55,041 bases of DNA from the NCBI GenBank assembly GCA_964392415.1, contig CAYMPL010000003.1:1-55041 (forward strand), in the 5' to 3' direction. The translations under genes and the position numbers were made by a program. The notes beneath the pieces are model-generated. The model made no database searches. It saw only the letters and a program-made list of their open reading frames with translations, and had not been told where the DNA came from. This document shows, one piece after another, positions 8,566-17,604 of the stretch. Source of the stretch: an uncultured bacterium. GTDB lineage: Bacteria > Bdellovibrionota > JACOXK01 > 2-02-FULL-40-11. Numbering within the stretch: position 1 is the stretch's first letter; each line of letters begins with the position of its first letter.

Positions 8566-10479
8566 ATGTGCGGGATTGCAGGCGTATTAAGACTTCATTC
8601 AGACCTATCGCTCTCCCCCTATCTCCCCCACTTTACTAAAATGCCCGATCAGTTTGTTCATCGGGGTCCAGACCACCTGGGGACCTGGTATAACGATGAC
8701 ATTTTTTTGGCGCACGCGCGATTAAAAATCGTCGATTTATCGGAGCAGGCAAATCAACCGCTTTTTAACGAAGACCGCACAGTCCTGCTCTTATTTAACG
8801 GCGAGATTTATAATTTTAAGACGCTTCGTTCTCAATTGATTCAAAAGGGGCACCGTTTTCGTTCTGAAGGAGATGGAGAAGTCATCGTTCATCTTTATGA
8901 AGAACATGGCGAATCTTTTGTAAAGCATCTGGAGGGAATGTTTGCGCTGTCACTCTGGGATCAGAAACAAAAGAAACTGATTCTTGCGAGGGATCGGACG
9001 GGGAAAAAACCGCTTTTTTTTGTCAGTTCTTCTTCATTTTTTTTCTTTGCCTCTGAAATCAAGGCCTTCTTTCCCATCCCTGAAATCCAAATAGAAAAAA
9101 ATGAAGAGGCCTTTCCCCTTTACTTTGTCCACGGCAACATCCCCACCCCTCACACATTCTACAAAAATATCTACCAACTTGAGCCTGCCCATCTTCTCAT
9201 CTGCGAAGCAGGACGTCCGATGAGAAAAATAGAATATTGGGATTTAAAAACCTATTTCAAAAATCCCCATAATATAAAGAAGCACATTCAAAAAACCGAA
9301 GCAATCGAGACGATCCGATATCTCCTAAAAACCGCCGTCTCAAAACGGCTGATGGCCGATGTGCCTGTCGGCGCGTTTCTCAGCGGCGGCATCGATTCAA
9401 CGATTATTACCGCGATTGCAAGAGATGAGCTCCAAAAACCGCTGCGAACATTCAGTATCGGATTTGAAGGAGATCCCCGATATGATGAATCCCCATACGC
9501 TCGAATCGCATCTCAACGTTTTCAAACCGAGCACCAGGAATTTCATCTGACCCCTCAGATGGTCCCCGAGATTTTTGACCGGATTCTCTGGCATTATGAC
9601 GCCCCTTTTGCCGACTCTTCGGCCATTCCCACATCCGTCGTTTCACAGCTCGCGCGAAGGGAAGTCACCGTGGCGCTTACCGGGGATGGGGGGGACGAAA
9701 ATTTTGCCGGATACCAACGTTTCGTCGCCTCAGTCTGGATGGAGAAGATTCCACCCTTTTTTTGGAAAGCGCTCAAGAGCGTTTGCCCGAAACCGGTATC
9801 ATCTACATTTAACGTATCATCGTTCTCCCGGGTGTCGCGCGCTCTTGAGGCGGCCAATCTTTCGTTAGAAGCAAGAATTTGCAGATGGCTCTCTTACTTC
9901 TATACAGACTTGAGACATCTTTTGAATCCTGCATTTTATCCGTCATCAGAGCTCTCAAGCGTTCTTTCTGCCCCCTTCTCAAACGAAGATTTGAGTGAGC
10001 TTACGCCGCTCTCTAAACTCCTCTATCTCAATTTCAAAGGCTATCTGGCTGACGATCTCAATTTCAAAATGGATAGGGCAAGCATGATGCATTCGCTTGA
10101 AACCCGCGCGCCTTTCCTCGACCATCATCTGATTGAATATTGCGCCTCTCTCCCCGATTCTTTTAAGATCAGAGGATTTCAAACTAAATATATTCTCAAA
10201 GAAGCCTATAAAGACATTTTGCCAAAAGAAATCGTCTACCGGAGAAAGACAGGATTTGGAGTTCCCCTTGGAAAATGGTTCAGGGGGCACCTCAAAACCT
10301 TTTTACTCGATCATTTAAGTAACATCGAAGATTCAGCTGAATATATCAATCCTCAGTATGTGCGAGAACTCCTCGCCACCCATTTCCGCGGCGAAGATCA
10401 TTCCATGAAGCTATGGAGCATCCTCATGTTCCACGCGTGGAATACCCCTTCCTCTAAAAGAACGCCCAACTTCCGTTAA
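8566..10479 (+). CDS. asnB: Asparagine synthase (glutamine-hydrolysing) family amidotransferase
   Basis: MCGIAG (Ntn Cys), HRGPD, NGEIYNF, FLSGGIDS, LTGDGGDE, RAPFLD. Confidence 0.92.
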   Translation: MCGIAGVLRLHSDLSLSPYLPHFTKMPDQFVHRGPDHLGTWYNDDIFLAHARLKIVDLSEQANQPLFNEDRTVLLLFNGEIYNFKTLRSQLIQKGHRFRSEGDGEVIVHLYEEHGESFVKHLEGMFALSLWDQKQKKLILARDRTGKKPLFFVSSSSFFFFASEIKAFFPIPEIQIEKNEEAFPLYFVHGNIPTPHTFYKNIYQLEPAHLLICEAGRPMRKIEYWDLKTYFKNPHNIKKHIQKTEAIETIRYLLKTAVSKRLMADVPVGAFLSGGIDSTIITAIARDELQKPLRTFSIGFEGDPRYDESPYARIASQRFQTEHQEFHLTPQMVPEIFDRILWHYDAPFADSSAIPTSVVSQLARREVTVALTGDGGDENFAGYQRFVASVWMEKIPPFFWKALKSVCPKPVSSTFNVSSFSRVSRALEAANLSLEARICRWLSYFYTDLRHLLNPAFYPSSELSSVLSAPFSNEDLSELTPLSKLLYLNFKGYLADDLNFKMDRASMMHSLETRAPFLDHHLIEYCASLPDSFKIRGFQTKYILKEAYKDILPKEIVYRRKTGFGVPLGKWFRGHLKTFLLDHLSNIEDSAEYINPQYVRELLATHFRGEDHSMKLWSILMFHAWNTPSSKRTPNFR

Positions 10480-12087
10480 AATTGCAATTGCAAGCAACAG
10501 CAATCCGCCGGCCAAAAGACCATTTAAATCCAACGAACGAAATTGAATCCATTTTTGAATCCCCTGATTTGCCATGAATACCAGCGCGGAGAGTGTGACT
10601 GCCAACATAAAGAGTGTTGGAAAAAGAGTTAGCCAGAAAGCCTTACGCTTTGTTTTCCAGAGCCAGATAGTGACCCCCGTCAGCGTTAACGCGGCCAATA
10701 GCTGATTACTCGATCCAAAGACAGGCCAAATGCTTTTCCAAACGGGAACCTGAGACGACCCAAACATATTGGTAAGAAAAATATAAGCCAGCGGAATAAG
10801 AAGTGTGGCGAGCGTGCTTCCATACCGCGCGACTCGCCCTTTTTGCCAGCCGGTAAATTCTTGAAAAATATATCGCCCAAGCCGTGTCGCCACATCGAGC
10901 GTGTCAAAAATAAATGTCGCGAACGCAAGCATTCCAAAAGAGATCGCAAATTGAAGATCGATCCCCAAGACAGAGATAAATTTCCCAAGCCCTTCGGCAT
11001 AAATAAGCCCGGGATCCTTTCCTTGAACCGCCTGCGGCGAAAGAACCATCACCGTTATAAGAGCCATCAGAGCCACAACTCCCTCTAAAAGCATCCCCCC
11101 ATATCCAACCAGTTTCGAGTGGCTTTCTTTAGAAATTTGTTTTGAAGTTGTGCCAGATGAGACCAGTCCATGGAAACCAGAACATGCCCCGCACGCAATC
11201 GTTACAAACATGATCGGGAAAAGCGGCTGCCCAATCGGATTCGTAAACGACACAAAGATCGGATATTGAATCTCAAAACCCCCAAAGAGTATACCGGCAA
11301 CACCGCCCAAGAGCGCCACATAGAGGAAAAATCCCCCCAGATAGCCTCGCGGCTGGAGAAGAATCCACATCGGAACCACTGAGGCGATGAAGCAATATCC
11401 CAAAATGATCAGATCCCAGGTAATTCCCTGATTCAAATTGCCCGGCAGTCGAATCGGAAGATATTGTCCCCCCCATATAATGAGCAACAAAAGAGGTACC
11501 CCCAAAGACGTTGCAAGCCAGAGGGGAGCCTTGAACCGATAAAGCGCGAGCCCCATCGCCGTCGCAAGAAGAAGATACATAAAAGAAGACGACGCGACGG
11601 CCCCACCCACCTTTGGTTCCAGAAAATAGCGCGCGGTTAAATCTGTAAACGCGATAATGATGTAAATAATGGAGAGCCAAATAAAAAAAAGAAACAAAAG
11701 ATAGGCCCGTTGACCGACCTGCTCTTTGACAATCTCTGCGACCGAACGGGCATGATGACGAACCGATGCAACCAGCGATGAAAAATCGTGAAACGCGCCG
11801 ATAAAAATCGCGCCCAACACAATCCAAAGAAGCGCCGGCCCCCATCCGAACCAAATTCCGGCTGTTATCGGTCCAACGATTGGGCCAGCCGCTGAAATCG
11901 CCGCAAAATGCTGCCCCAGAAGTACCGGGGGTTTCGTCGGAATATAATCAACACCATCATTCAGACGGATCGCGGGTGTCGGCTGAGAATCATCGAGCCC
12001 AAAAAGACGAGAGATGATGCCGCCATAAATCCAGAATGCGAGCAGAAAGAGACCCAAAACGAAAATAGCGATGATTTCAACGCCCAT
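10411..12087 (-). CDS. cstA: Carbon starvation protein A family peptide/pyruvate transporter
   Basis: GQHFAAISAAGPIVGP, TIACGACSGFHGL, GYGGMLLEG, DTLDVATRLGRY. Start set at MGVEII. Confidence 0.9.
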   Translation of the reverse strand: MGVEIIAIFVLGLFLLAFWIYGGIISRLFGLDDSQPTPAIRLNDGVDYIPTKPPVLLGQHFAAISAAGPIVGPITAGIWFGWGPALLWIVLGAIFIGAFHDFSSLVASVRHHARSVAEIVKEQVGQRAYLLFLFFIWLSIIYIIIAFTDLTARYFLEPKVGGAVASSSFMYLLLATAMGLALYRFKAPLWLATSLGVPLLLLIIWGGQYLPIRLPGNLNQGITWDLIILGYCFIASVVPMWILLQPRGYLGGFFLYVALLGGVAGILFGGFEIQYPIFVSFTNPIGQPLFPIMFVTIACGACSGFHGLVSSGTTSKQISKESHSKLVGYGGMLLEGVVALMALITVMVLSPQAVQGKDPGLIYAEGLGKFISVLGIDLQFAISFGMLAFATFIFDTLDVATRLGRYIFQEFTGWQKGRVARYGSTLATLLIPLAYIFLTNMFGSSQVPVWKSIWPVFGSSNQLLAALTLTGVTIWLWKTKRKAFWLTLFPTLFMLAVTLSALVFMANQGIQKWIQFRSLDLNGLLAGGLLLLAIAILTEVGRSFRGRGIPRVEHEDAP

Positions 12088-12156
12088 ATCTTTTTCTATT
12101 TCTAATCGATTCAAAAATGTGGACAAGGATTTTTTTTTTCGCTATCGTAAAAATCA

Positions 12157-13188
12157 ATGAAGGTATTGGTGTCAGGGGGGGCAGGATTTATCGGCTCTTA
12201 TCTGTGCGAAGAATTGCTCCTGAAAGGACACGAAGTCTTTATCATCGATGACCTCTCTACCGGCAGCAAGGAAAATATAGGACACCTTGTAGAATCGTCT
12301 AAGTTCCATCCGTTCTTTGAAACGATTATGAACGAATCGCTTCTGGCGGAACTGGTGGATCAATGCGATCTTATATTTCACCTGGCCGCCGTTGTTGGCG
12401 TAAAGAATGTAATTCGTTCTCCGGTCGAAACAATTCAACGCAATGTCAAAGGGACTGAGCTTGTTCTTAAATTTGCGAATGTGAAAAAAAAGAAAGTCTT
12501 TCTGACCTCTACCTCCGAAGTTTATGGAAAGGGGAACAAATCCTCTTTTAATGAAAGGGACGATCTCACGATCGGCCCAACCTATATTGGAAGATGGAGC
12601 TATGCCTGTTCCAAGGCCATTGACGAATTTTTGGCGCTTGCCTATTGGAAAGAATATAAACTCCCCGTTATCGTGGTAAGACTCTTCAACATCATCGGGC
12701 CCAAACAAACAGGGCGATATGGAATGGTGATGCCGAGATTTATCGATCAGGCCCTTCAAAACAAGCCGATCACCATTTATGGAGACGGGAAACAAACGCG
12801 CTGCTTCCTCTATGTAAAAGACGCGGTTTCTGCCATGCTCAACCTTGCGTTTCACGAAGGAACCATCGGAGAAATCTTCAATTTGGGAAACCCCCATGAA
12901 ATCTCTATCAGCGATCTTGCAGCCCTGATCGTAAAGATAACAGGGTCAAAATCGACATTTCAATTCATCCCCTACAATCAATGCTACGATAGTGGTTTTG
13001 AGGATATGCCGAGGCGTGTCCCCGACATTCATAAAGTTCAATCCCTTATTTCCTTCGAACCAAAAACGGATCTCGCTGAAATAATCCGATTTATTATTCA
13101 TGAGAAAACTTTAAAGACACCCCCCGGATTTCAGAAAGACTCCGCTCCGCTGTTAAGAGATATTTCACGGGAACATGCTGCATTGTAA
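12157..13188 (+). CDS. NAD-dependent nucleotide-sugar epimerase/dehydratase
   Basis: GGAGFIG, STSEVYG, YACSK (YxxxK), RLFNIIGPKQ, IYGDGKQTRCF. Confidence 0.9.
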   Translation: MKVLVSGGAGFIGSYLCEELLLKGHEVFIIDDLSTGSKENIGHLVESSKFHPFFETIMNESLLAELVDQCDLIFHLAAVVGVKNVIRSPVETIQRNVKGTELVLKFANVKKKKVFLTSTSEVYGKGNKSSFNERDDLTIGPTYIGRWSYACSKAIDEFLALAYWKEYKLPVIVVRLFNIIGPKQTGRYGMVMPRFIDQALQNKPITIYGDGKQTRCFLYVKDAVSAMLNLAFHEGTIGEIFNLGNPHEISISDLAALIVKITGSKSTFQFIPYNQCYDSGFEDMPRRVPDIHKVQSLISFEPKTDLAEIIRFIIHEKTLKTPPGFQKDSAPLLRDISREHAAL

Positions 13189-14470
13189 GAATAAGCATGA
13201 TTTTTACGACCGCCTCTCGAAATTCTTCGTTTGCGCGCTGGCTGTTTCCATCCCTCTCAGCAAAGTGGCGATAGACATTTCTTTATCCTTTGCTTTAATT
13301 TTTTTTATTTTGAAGAAGATATCGGAAAGACAACCCCTCGCCCCCAATCCACTCTCTAAACCGATCGTAATTTTTCTCTGCTACGCGCTCATATCGCTTC
13401 TGTGGGGCAACCATCTTGAATTAAACAGCCGCGGGATGATTAAATTTTTCAAAGATTTTGCCGTTTTCTTTCTCGTCGTTGAATTATTTCAAGAGCGTAA
13501 CTCTCTAAAAAACTTAATTCACTGTTTGCTCGCCGGCGCCGTTATTACCTGCCTCAATGGACTTTTTCAGTACTTCAACGCCCTCGATTTTATCTATTCA
13601 CAGGAATTTGGAGCGCGCATTACCTCAACTTTTAAAAACCCAACGATCCTGTCAACTTATCTCGTTTGCATTTTGCCCCTGCCAGCGCTGTTTTTAAAAG
13701 AGGGGAACCTAAAAAACAATTTCCTCTACCTCTCCATGGTCGTACTATTTGCAATGATCTTTATTTTTTCATTCAGTCGTAATACCTTTTTTTTATTTTC
13801 ACTGGCCTTGATTTTTTTAGGATGGTTTTCTGCCCCATTCAAACGTTTCACGAAAATAGCGTTTATCATCCTTTTCATTATCCCCCTTCTCTTTATAAAA
13901 CTTTCCCAGACCCATAGCATCGCCCAGATGGTTCTAAATCCTTCCATCAGTCCCTCATTGGCAGAACGCGCTTACCTATGGAAAATTGCCAAAGAAATGA
14001 TCTCTGATCATCCACTGGCGGGGCACGGAATTAACAGCTATGCGGCAATTCGTTCGAACTATTTCCCTCCGATTGATCAGATGCCCCCTTCTTTCAGATA
14101 CCTTCACGATGCGCATCCCCATAACAGCTATTTAAAAATCTGGATTGAAACCGGCTTGATTGGACTCTTGCTCTATCTATCGATATTTTTTGTTTTTCTG
14201 ATTTTTATAATGAAAGTTCTTAAGACTGCGCCCCTGTACCAACGCCGGCGGCTTTATCCCTATATGGTCGGTTGTTTCGTGTTTGTTGTTTCCTCTTTAT
14301 TTGACACATTTTTGATGGGGGCGCCGCAGCTTAGAATGGTATTTTGGCTGCTGACCGGACTCTTTGTTGTTGAATTAAAAACCCTGGAATCTAGACAATG
14401 TTCATCAGTTTTTGAAGCTGTTCCGACGAGAGATGCCGCAGCGGTCCCATTTGTCGGGCTGCAAACATAA
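13175..14470 (+). CDS. O-antigen ligase (Wzy_C/WaaL) family membrane protein
   Basis: Polytopic; FSFSR, ERAYLWK, HPLAGHG, HPHNSYLKIWIETGLIG. Confidence 0.82.
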   Translation: MLHCKNKHDFYDRLSKFFVCALAVSIPLSKVAIDISLSFALIFFILKKISERQPLAPNPLSKPIVIFLCYALISLLWGNHLELNSRGMIKFFKDFAVFFLVVELFQERNSLKNLIHCLLAGAVITCLNGLFQYFNALDFIYSQEFGARITSTFKNPTILSTYLVCILPLPALFLKEGNLKNNFLYLSMVVLFAMIFIFSFSRNTFFLFSLALIFLGWFSAPFKRFTKIAFIILFIIPLLFIKLSQTHSIAQMVLNPSISPSLAERAYLWKIAKEMISDHPLAGHGINSYAAIRSNYFPPIDQMPPSFRYLHDAHPHNSYLKIWIETGLIGLLLYLSIFFVFLIFIMKVLKTAPLYQRRRLYPYMVGCFVFVVSSLFDTFLMGAPQLRMVFWLLTGLFVVELKTLESRQCSSVFEAVPTRDAAAVPFVGLQT

Positions 14471-15017
14471 CCTGCGCGACATGCTCCATTCGTTCCAATT
14501 TGTTAAAGGCATCCCAAAGATCTCTTCCCAGACAGAGAACGCCATGACGATCCAATATCAGGGCATCATGTTTTTGAATGAATTCCCGGATTCTCTCCGG
14601 CACTTCATAAGAGGTAGGCGTTGTATAGGGAACAACTGGAATCTCTCCTACGGAAAGAACAACCTCGGGGAGATGATCCTTCCCAAGGTCGAGCCCGGCC
14701 AATGTGTGAGCAATGCAAAAAATGGGATGGGCATGAACCACTGCAGAGATATCCTGTCTCTCTTCATAGACCTTAAGATGCATCAGAATTTCCTGAGATG
14801 CCCGACCCCCTCCTAAAATCTTTTTCCCTTTTAAATCAGTGATAATCATGAGCTCAGGCTTGAGAAAACCTTTATGAACACCGGATGGCGTAATGAGCAA
14901 ACGTTCGGGATGATATCGAACACTCACATTTCCATCAGTAGAACTGATAAAGTTCTTTTCATACATCCGGCGACAGACTTCAACGAGCTCTTTTCTATAT
15001 TCCCTTTCTGTTTTCAT
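14391..15017 (-). CDS. Class II aldolase/adducin family protein
   Basis: GNVSVR, ITPSG, E..MH, VVHAHP, HG metal-binding motifs. Confidence 0.88.
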   Translation of the reverse strand: MKTEREYRKELVEVCRRMYEKNFISSTDGNVSVRYHPERLLITPSGVHKGFLKPELMIITDLKGKKILGGGRASQEILMHLKVYEERQDISAVVHAHPIFCIAHTLAGLDLGKDHLPEVVLSVGEIPVVPYTTPTSYEVPERIREFIQKHDALILDRHGVLCLGRDLWDAFNKLERMEHVAQVMFAARQMGPLRHLSSEQLQKLMNIV

Positions 15018-15025
15018 GAAAATCC

Positions 15026-15054
15026 TATCTATCGAAGCATTTTTCGGATGTCAA
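15026..15054 (-). promoter_or_regulatory. sigma70-like promoter of the aldolase gene
   Basis: TTGACA-N17-TAGATA, 8 nt before ATG. Confidence 0.45.
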
Positions 15055-15086
15055 TTCCTACCGCCCTGTGATAATGTTCAATCCCG

Positions 15087-15938
15087 ATGGCAAAAAAGAT
15101 CGGTCCCTATTCGCTCGAACTCCTTGAAACAGGAGAATTTGCGTTGGATGGGGGGGCAATGTTTGGTGTTGTCCCCAAAAATCTATGGCAAAAAACAAAT
15201 CCGGCAGATCTTGAAAATCGGATAACGATGGCCCTTCGTGTTCTTTTGGTACGATCCAAAGATCGTAATATTCTCATCGATACCGGCATCGGAACAAAAT
15301 GGGATGAGAAATACCAAAAAATTTATCGTATTAATCATGGGAATAACACGCTTGAAAAATCACTGGCATCGGCAGGGATAAAGCCTGCGGATATTACCGA
15401 TGTTATCCTCACGCATCTTCATTTTGACCATGCCGGCGGATGCACCTACAAAGAGGGGGAAGAGATCAAGCCTACCTTTCCAAATGCAATTCATTATATT
15501 CAGAAAGAGCAGTGGAAATGGGCACATCGGCCGACTGAAAAAGACCGGGCCAGTTTTTTGAAAGAGAATTTTGAACCGTTGATGTCAGTAAAATTAGAAC
15601 TTCTTTCAGGGGAAATTGAACTCTATCCTGGAATCTCTATTTTAATTTCGCACGGGCATACCGCATCGATGCAGCTTGTTAAAATTTCAAATGGTAAAGA
15701 AACACTTTTATATTGCGCGGATCTCATCCCGACTTCTGCCCATATCGCAATTCCCTATCTCATGAGCTACGATAATATGCCTCTTGTTTTGATGGAGGAA
15801 AAACGGCATATTTTGGATCAGGCGGTGAGAGAAAACTGGATTCTTTGTTTTGAACACGATCCACTGATCGGCGCCGCAACCGTGAAGAAAGATCCCCAAA
15901 CGGGCCGGTTTGGTTTAAAAGAGAAGATCACTGTCTGA
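15087..15938 (+). CDS. MBL-fold metallo-hydrolase (YtnP-like)
   Basis: DGGAMFGVVPK, THLHFDHAGG, HGHT, FEHDP. Confidence 0.88.
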   Translation: MAKKIGPYSLELLETGEFALDGGAMFGVVPKNLWQKTNPADLENRITMALRVLLVRSKDRNILIDTGIGTKWDEKYQKIYRINHGNNTLEKSLASAGIKPADITDVILTHLHFDHAGGCTYKEGEEIKPTFPNAIHYIQKEQWKWAHRPTEKDRASFLKENFEPLMSVKLELLSGEIELYPGISILISHGHTASMQLVKISNGKETLLYCADLIPTSAHIAIPYLMSYDNMPLVLMEEKRHILDQAVRENWILCFEHDPLIGAATVKKDPQTGRFGLKEKITV

Positions 15939-15939
15939 C

Positions 15940-16021
15940 GCTGGGGTGGCGGAATTGGCAGACGCGCAGGACTTAGGATCCTGTGGGGCAACCTGTGGAG
16001 GTTCGAATCCTCTCCCCAGCA
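15940..16021 (+). tRNA. tRNA-Leu(TAG)
   Basis: Acceptor stem GCTGGGG/CCCCAGC; D-loop GGAATTGGCAGAC; anticodon arm CAGGA-CTTAGGA-TCCTG; long variable arm; GGTTCGAATCC; CCA not encoded. Confidence 0.95.
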
Positions 16022-16094
16022 AAATCTTACACAATTATAAGTATATATCCTTATTAAAGCTTAATTTATATCATATTATAATATGATTATATAC

Positions 16095-16123
16095 TTGACT
16101 TTATCAAAGTATATCCTTATAAT
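16095..16123 (+). promoter_or_regulatory. sigma70 promoter giving a predicted leaderless transcript
   Basis: TTGACT-N17-TATAAT, 6 nt before ATG 16130. Confidence 0.7.
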
Positions 16124-16129
16124 ATATTC

Positions 16130-16597
16130 ATGAAAAAAAATATCGCCTTCTATCGAAGGCAAGTCAGCGAGAAGCTCGAGATTCTTAGACAATACAGGGA
16201 TAAAATGCCCATGTATACTGGAAGGTGGATTAAGGTGGTTAGACAGGCGCTGGGGATGACCCAGGCTCAGCTTGCAAGACGCTTAGGTATTCAACCTCAG
16301 AGTCTCCACAACCTAGAAAAAAATGAGTTGAACCAGTCTATTTCCATTGGTTCTTTAAAAAAGGTTGCAAATGCGTTACATTGTCAAATTTACATAGTCT
16401 TCATACCGGATAAGGCGATTGAAAAAGTTGTTCAAGAAAACGCTATGCAAACTGCGACAAAAATTATTATGGACACCGCACATACGATGGATTTGGAAAA
16501 ACAAGCGCCTACTGAAAAGTTTTTAAAAAAACAAATTAAAGAAGTTGCTGAGGAACTTATCAGAAATGCTGACAAGCGGATTTGGGAAAATCATTGA
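16130..16597 (+). CDS. Mobile mystery protein A (XRE-family HTH)
   Basis: WIKVVRQALGMTQAQLARRLG HTH; ALHCQIYIVFIP; HTMDLEKQ; terminal IW. Confidence 0.85.
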   Translation: MKKNIAFYRRQVSEKLEILRQYRDKMPMYTGRWIKVVRQALGMTQAQLARRLGIQPQSLHNLEKNELNQSISIGSLKKVANALHCQIYIVFIPDKAIEKVVQENAMQTATKIIMDTAHTMDLEKQAPTEKFLKKQIKEVAEELIRNADKRIWENH

Positions 16598-17193
16598 AGA
16601 TCAACAATCCACCAGGCTCTACACCATTAAATGACGCATCAGGACTCATTCCAGATCATATTCATACACAAGAGCAACTATGGGAATGGGAATATCAAAA
16701 TATTATTAAAGCGCGAAATAAATTTTTGAAAAGAAGATCTCATAGAAAACAATGGTTAAATATAGATTTTATTAAACAAGTTCATTTTGAAATGTTTGAC
16801 GAGACATGGACATGGGCAGGAAAATTTCGGATTTCAGAAGTCAATTTAGGAGTTCCTGTAATTCAGATTCAAGAAGCAATGATAAATTTGTGCAATGATG
16901 TCAAAATTTGGCCCAAAGATTCAAAGGAAAAGATAAAAGAAAATGCCATCAAATTACATCATCGTTTGACTCAAATTCATTCTTTTCGAGATGGTAATGG
17001 ACGTCATGCGAGACTTCTTGCAGATATTTATTTATATTATAACTATCTCAAACCTTTCTTATGGGGAATAAAGCTTTTGAATAAACAAAATGAAATTAGA
17101 AAAAAATATTTAGCTACTTTAAAGGCAGCTGATAAAGGAAATTTGGCGCCTTTAAAAAAATTTGCTGAGTCGTCCTTCAAAATGAGCGGCTGA
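16582..17193 (+). CDS. Mobile mystery protein B (Fic/Doc family)
   Basis: PPGSTPL..GLIP, WAGKFR, HHRLTQIHSFRDGNGRHAR; overlaps protein A. Confidence 0.85.
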   Translation: MGKSLKINNPPGSTPLNDASGLIPDHIHTQEQLWEWEYQNIIKARNKFLKRRSHRKQWLNIDFIKQVHFEMFDETWTWAGKFRISEVNLGVPVIQIQEAMINLCNDVKIWPKDSKEKIKENAIKLHHRLTQIHSFRDGNGRHARLLADIYLYYNYLKPFLWGIKLLNKQNEIRKKYLATLKAADKGNLAPLKKFAESSFKMSG

Positions 17194-17246
17194 GCGTCTT
17201 ACACTAAAAAAATGGCTTATGGTTTTTTTTCCTAAATTAAAGATCA

Positions 17247-17450
17247 CGCTTAGCGGGGGACAGGTCAAATCATTACCACTCTCCAATTCAGTGGCAGTAG
17301 ATTTACTTAACGCGCGTATGTGGCATCATCGGTTCTCCGATGCGATCACCGCCGACAAAGAGAATATCATTTTTATCATCTCTCCCTTTTGCGAAGGCTG
17401 CATTCCCAAATTCCCAATCTTCTCTTTCTGGGCTGAACGTCCCTATAGCG
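17247..17450 (-). ncRNA. Candidate structured non-coding RNA (unassigned)
   Basis: Closing helix 17257-17268 with 17433-17443 encloses at least 4 hairpins. All wobble pairs are G.U only on the minus strand. TTGACA on the minus strand at 17517-17522. Confidence 0.35.
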
Positions 17451-17604
17451 AGATTATGGTTAATGATAAAAACGACATAGAATTTGTAGTCATCTTTAAG
17501 AGGAATTATTTGATCGTGTCAATTATTTTTTTCTTGCATCTCTTTTTTAGCTATGTTCTATCACATCTCATTATAAACAAACCTAACACACAAGGAGGTA
17601 TCAT

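Larger units (their letters stand above)
16025..17204 (+). mobile_element. Small AT-rich cassette (mobile mystery proteins A/B) next to tRNA-Leu
   Basis: Starts 4 bp after the tRNA; bounded by TCTTACAC at 16025-16032 and 17197-17204; no integrase present. Confidence 0.5.

Noticed and set aside
8566-10479. Lasso-peptide cyclase / RiPP cluster
   Set aside because: Intact glutaminase domain (N-terminal Cys); no B protease, RRE or short precursor seen.
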